Assembly: GCA_903872345.1 (NCBI GenBank)
Contig: CAIQKM010000194.1
Span: forward strand, 5,448-37,447
Direction: 5' to 3'
DNA length: 32,000 nucleotides
Origin: an uncultured Verrucomicrobia subdivision 3 bacterium
GTDB taxonomy: Bacteria > Verrucomicrobiota > Verrucomicrobiia > Limisphaerales > UBA11358
A model generated the notes under the pieces. That model was not told the DNA's origin, searched no databases, and saw nothing but the letters and a program-made list of their open reading frames with translations. The position numbers and the translations under genes were made by a program. Shown here piece by piece: positions 31,188 through 32,000 of this stretch. Positions within the stretch are counted from its first letter, which is position 1, and each line of letters opens with the position of its first letter.

Positions 31188-32000
31188 TTATCGGGTTCTA
31201 AATTCAAAAATCGCGTACCGACCGTCAATAGATCCGACAGTGATAAAATTTCCTTTTGCATCCAGACAATGACACGGGAAAGGAAGTTCGGATAAGGCCA
31301 AGGTTACTTTCCAGTCGCCGAATAATGGCCAGACCTCCAGCCACTCTATTTCTCCCTGGTGCTGGATGGCACATAAGAAGTCCCCGCCAACTACGGCGAG
31401 GTAATTGACAGACGCAGAACGTTCTCCGTTCGCCACCCATCTGTTGGCCTTTTTGGTATAGCAGTGGACAGCTTCATTGAACGCAACGTAAATCCGATCA
31501 CCTTTCAGGTTGGCCACCGCATCCTTGATGAGTTCGCGAGTCTCCGTTACTACTTCGCGCGAGTTGTCACTCCTAATAACCACGATGCTGGAAATGGCAT
31601 TGCCGTATTGGGATCGGCCACACGTCAAAAAGTCGTTACCTTGACCCACTCGCCGGATGAACTGTTCCTCGCGCCCGATGCCGACTGGCTCGATTTCGCG
31701 CAGCACCTGCACAGGCTGGAAGCCCACGATCCGGAACTGGCCATTCGCGCTGGCGGCCAGCACTGTTTTTTCGTCCAGCCCCACAAGCGAGACCACCGGC
31801 CGATCAAACAAATCGACAGCGTCTTCCAGTTCTGGACGGCATGCTGGCAGCAGCCTGATCACACTGCCGCGGCTGTAGCCGGCAAACGCAACTGCGCCAT
31901 CTTCTGTCACCGCGATGGCGCTCGGTTCGTAATTATTGACTAAAAACACTTCCCGGGTCTGTTCTTGTTCAATCCAGCGCACGCTTCTGGCCGCTGAACT
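31188..32000 (-). CDS. Beta-propeller (WD40-like) C-terminal part of a larger protein; the 5' end runs off the right window edge
   Basis: The track start at 31982 is GTG, and the frame stays open upstream to position 32000 (...SSAARSVRWIEQE). Blade-like segments include AIAVTEDGAVAFAGYSRGSVIRL, TVLAASANGQFRIV and FITVGSIDGRYAIFEF. Confidence 0.7.
   Translation of the reverse strand, partial: SSAARSVRWIEQEQTREVFLVNNYEPSAIAVTEDGAVAFAGYSRGSVIRLLPACRPELEDAVDLFDRPVVSLVGLDEKTVLAASANGQFRIVGFQPVQVLREIEPVGIGREEQFIRRVGQGNDFLTCGRSQYGNAISSIVVIRSDNSREVVTETRELIKDAVANLKGDRIYVAFNEAVHCYTKKANRWVANGERSASVNYLAVVGGDFLCAIQHQGEIEWLEVWPLFGDWKVTLALSELPFPCHCLDAKGNFITVGSIDGRYAIFEFRTR

Overview
Gene-dense 32-kb accessory region. 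Almost every credible gene is on the minus strand, and I found no rRNA, tRNA or CRISPR array. It reads as a mosaic defence-island-like locus made of tightly packed modules.

(1) 1-7253: a four-gene operon. It encodes a zinc-ribbon/TIR/NACHT protein, two orphan proteins (one multi-TM), and an NWD1-like DUF4062/NACHT/WD40 protein. The last gene is missing from the ORF track because it runs off the left edge.

(2) 7520-13097: an operon encoding an MthK-like 2TM + 2xRCK protein with C-terminal RyR repeats, a 28-codon micro-ORF, a PfkB-like/AAA+/RyR-repeat protein, and a stand-alone TRPM-type SLOG (LSDAT-like) protein. I consider this the best candidate for an undescribed nucleotide-sensing membrane-effector system.

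(3) 13270-19994: a five-gene operon encoding an SbcD/Mre11-like phosphoesterase, an SbcC/Rad50-like ATPase, two radical-SAM SPASM/twitch enzymes and a GT2 glycosyltransferase. This is a second candidate system, possibly a nucleic-acid modification/restriction-type module.

(4) 20016-20640: a relic junction made of a frameshifted 5' copy of the RCK-RyR gene plus a fragment of another ORF. Partner copies lie at 12775-13088 and 23372-23806, so the relic brackets both the SbcCD/rSAM/GT cassette and a plus-strand TIR/NB-ARC/TPR gene (20740-23181).

(5) 24070-26644: a Sel1-repeat protein, a 4TM/TIR protein, and a decayed barstar-like / DUF4062 / P-loop remnant with an A7 frame switch.

(6) 26654-29209 (approximate ends): an IS21-family element (istA/istB).

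(7) 29570-32000: a TPR-like protein and a beta-propeller protein that runs off the right edge.

All domain calls come from motif recognition by eye and need profile-HMM or structure confirmation. The source taxon cannot be determined from this window.
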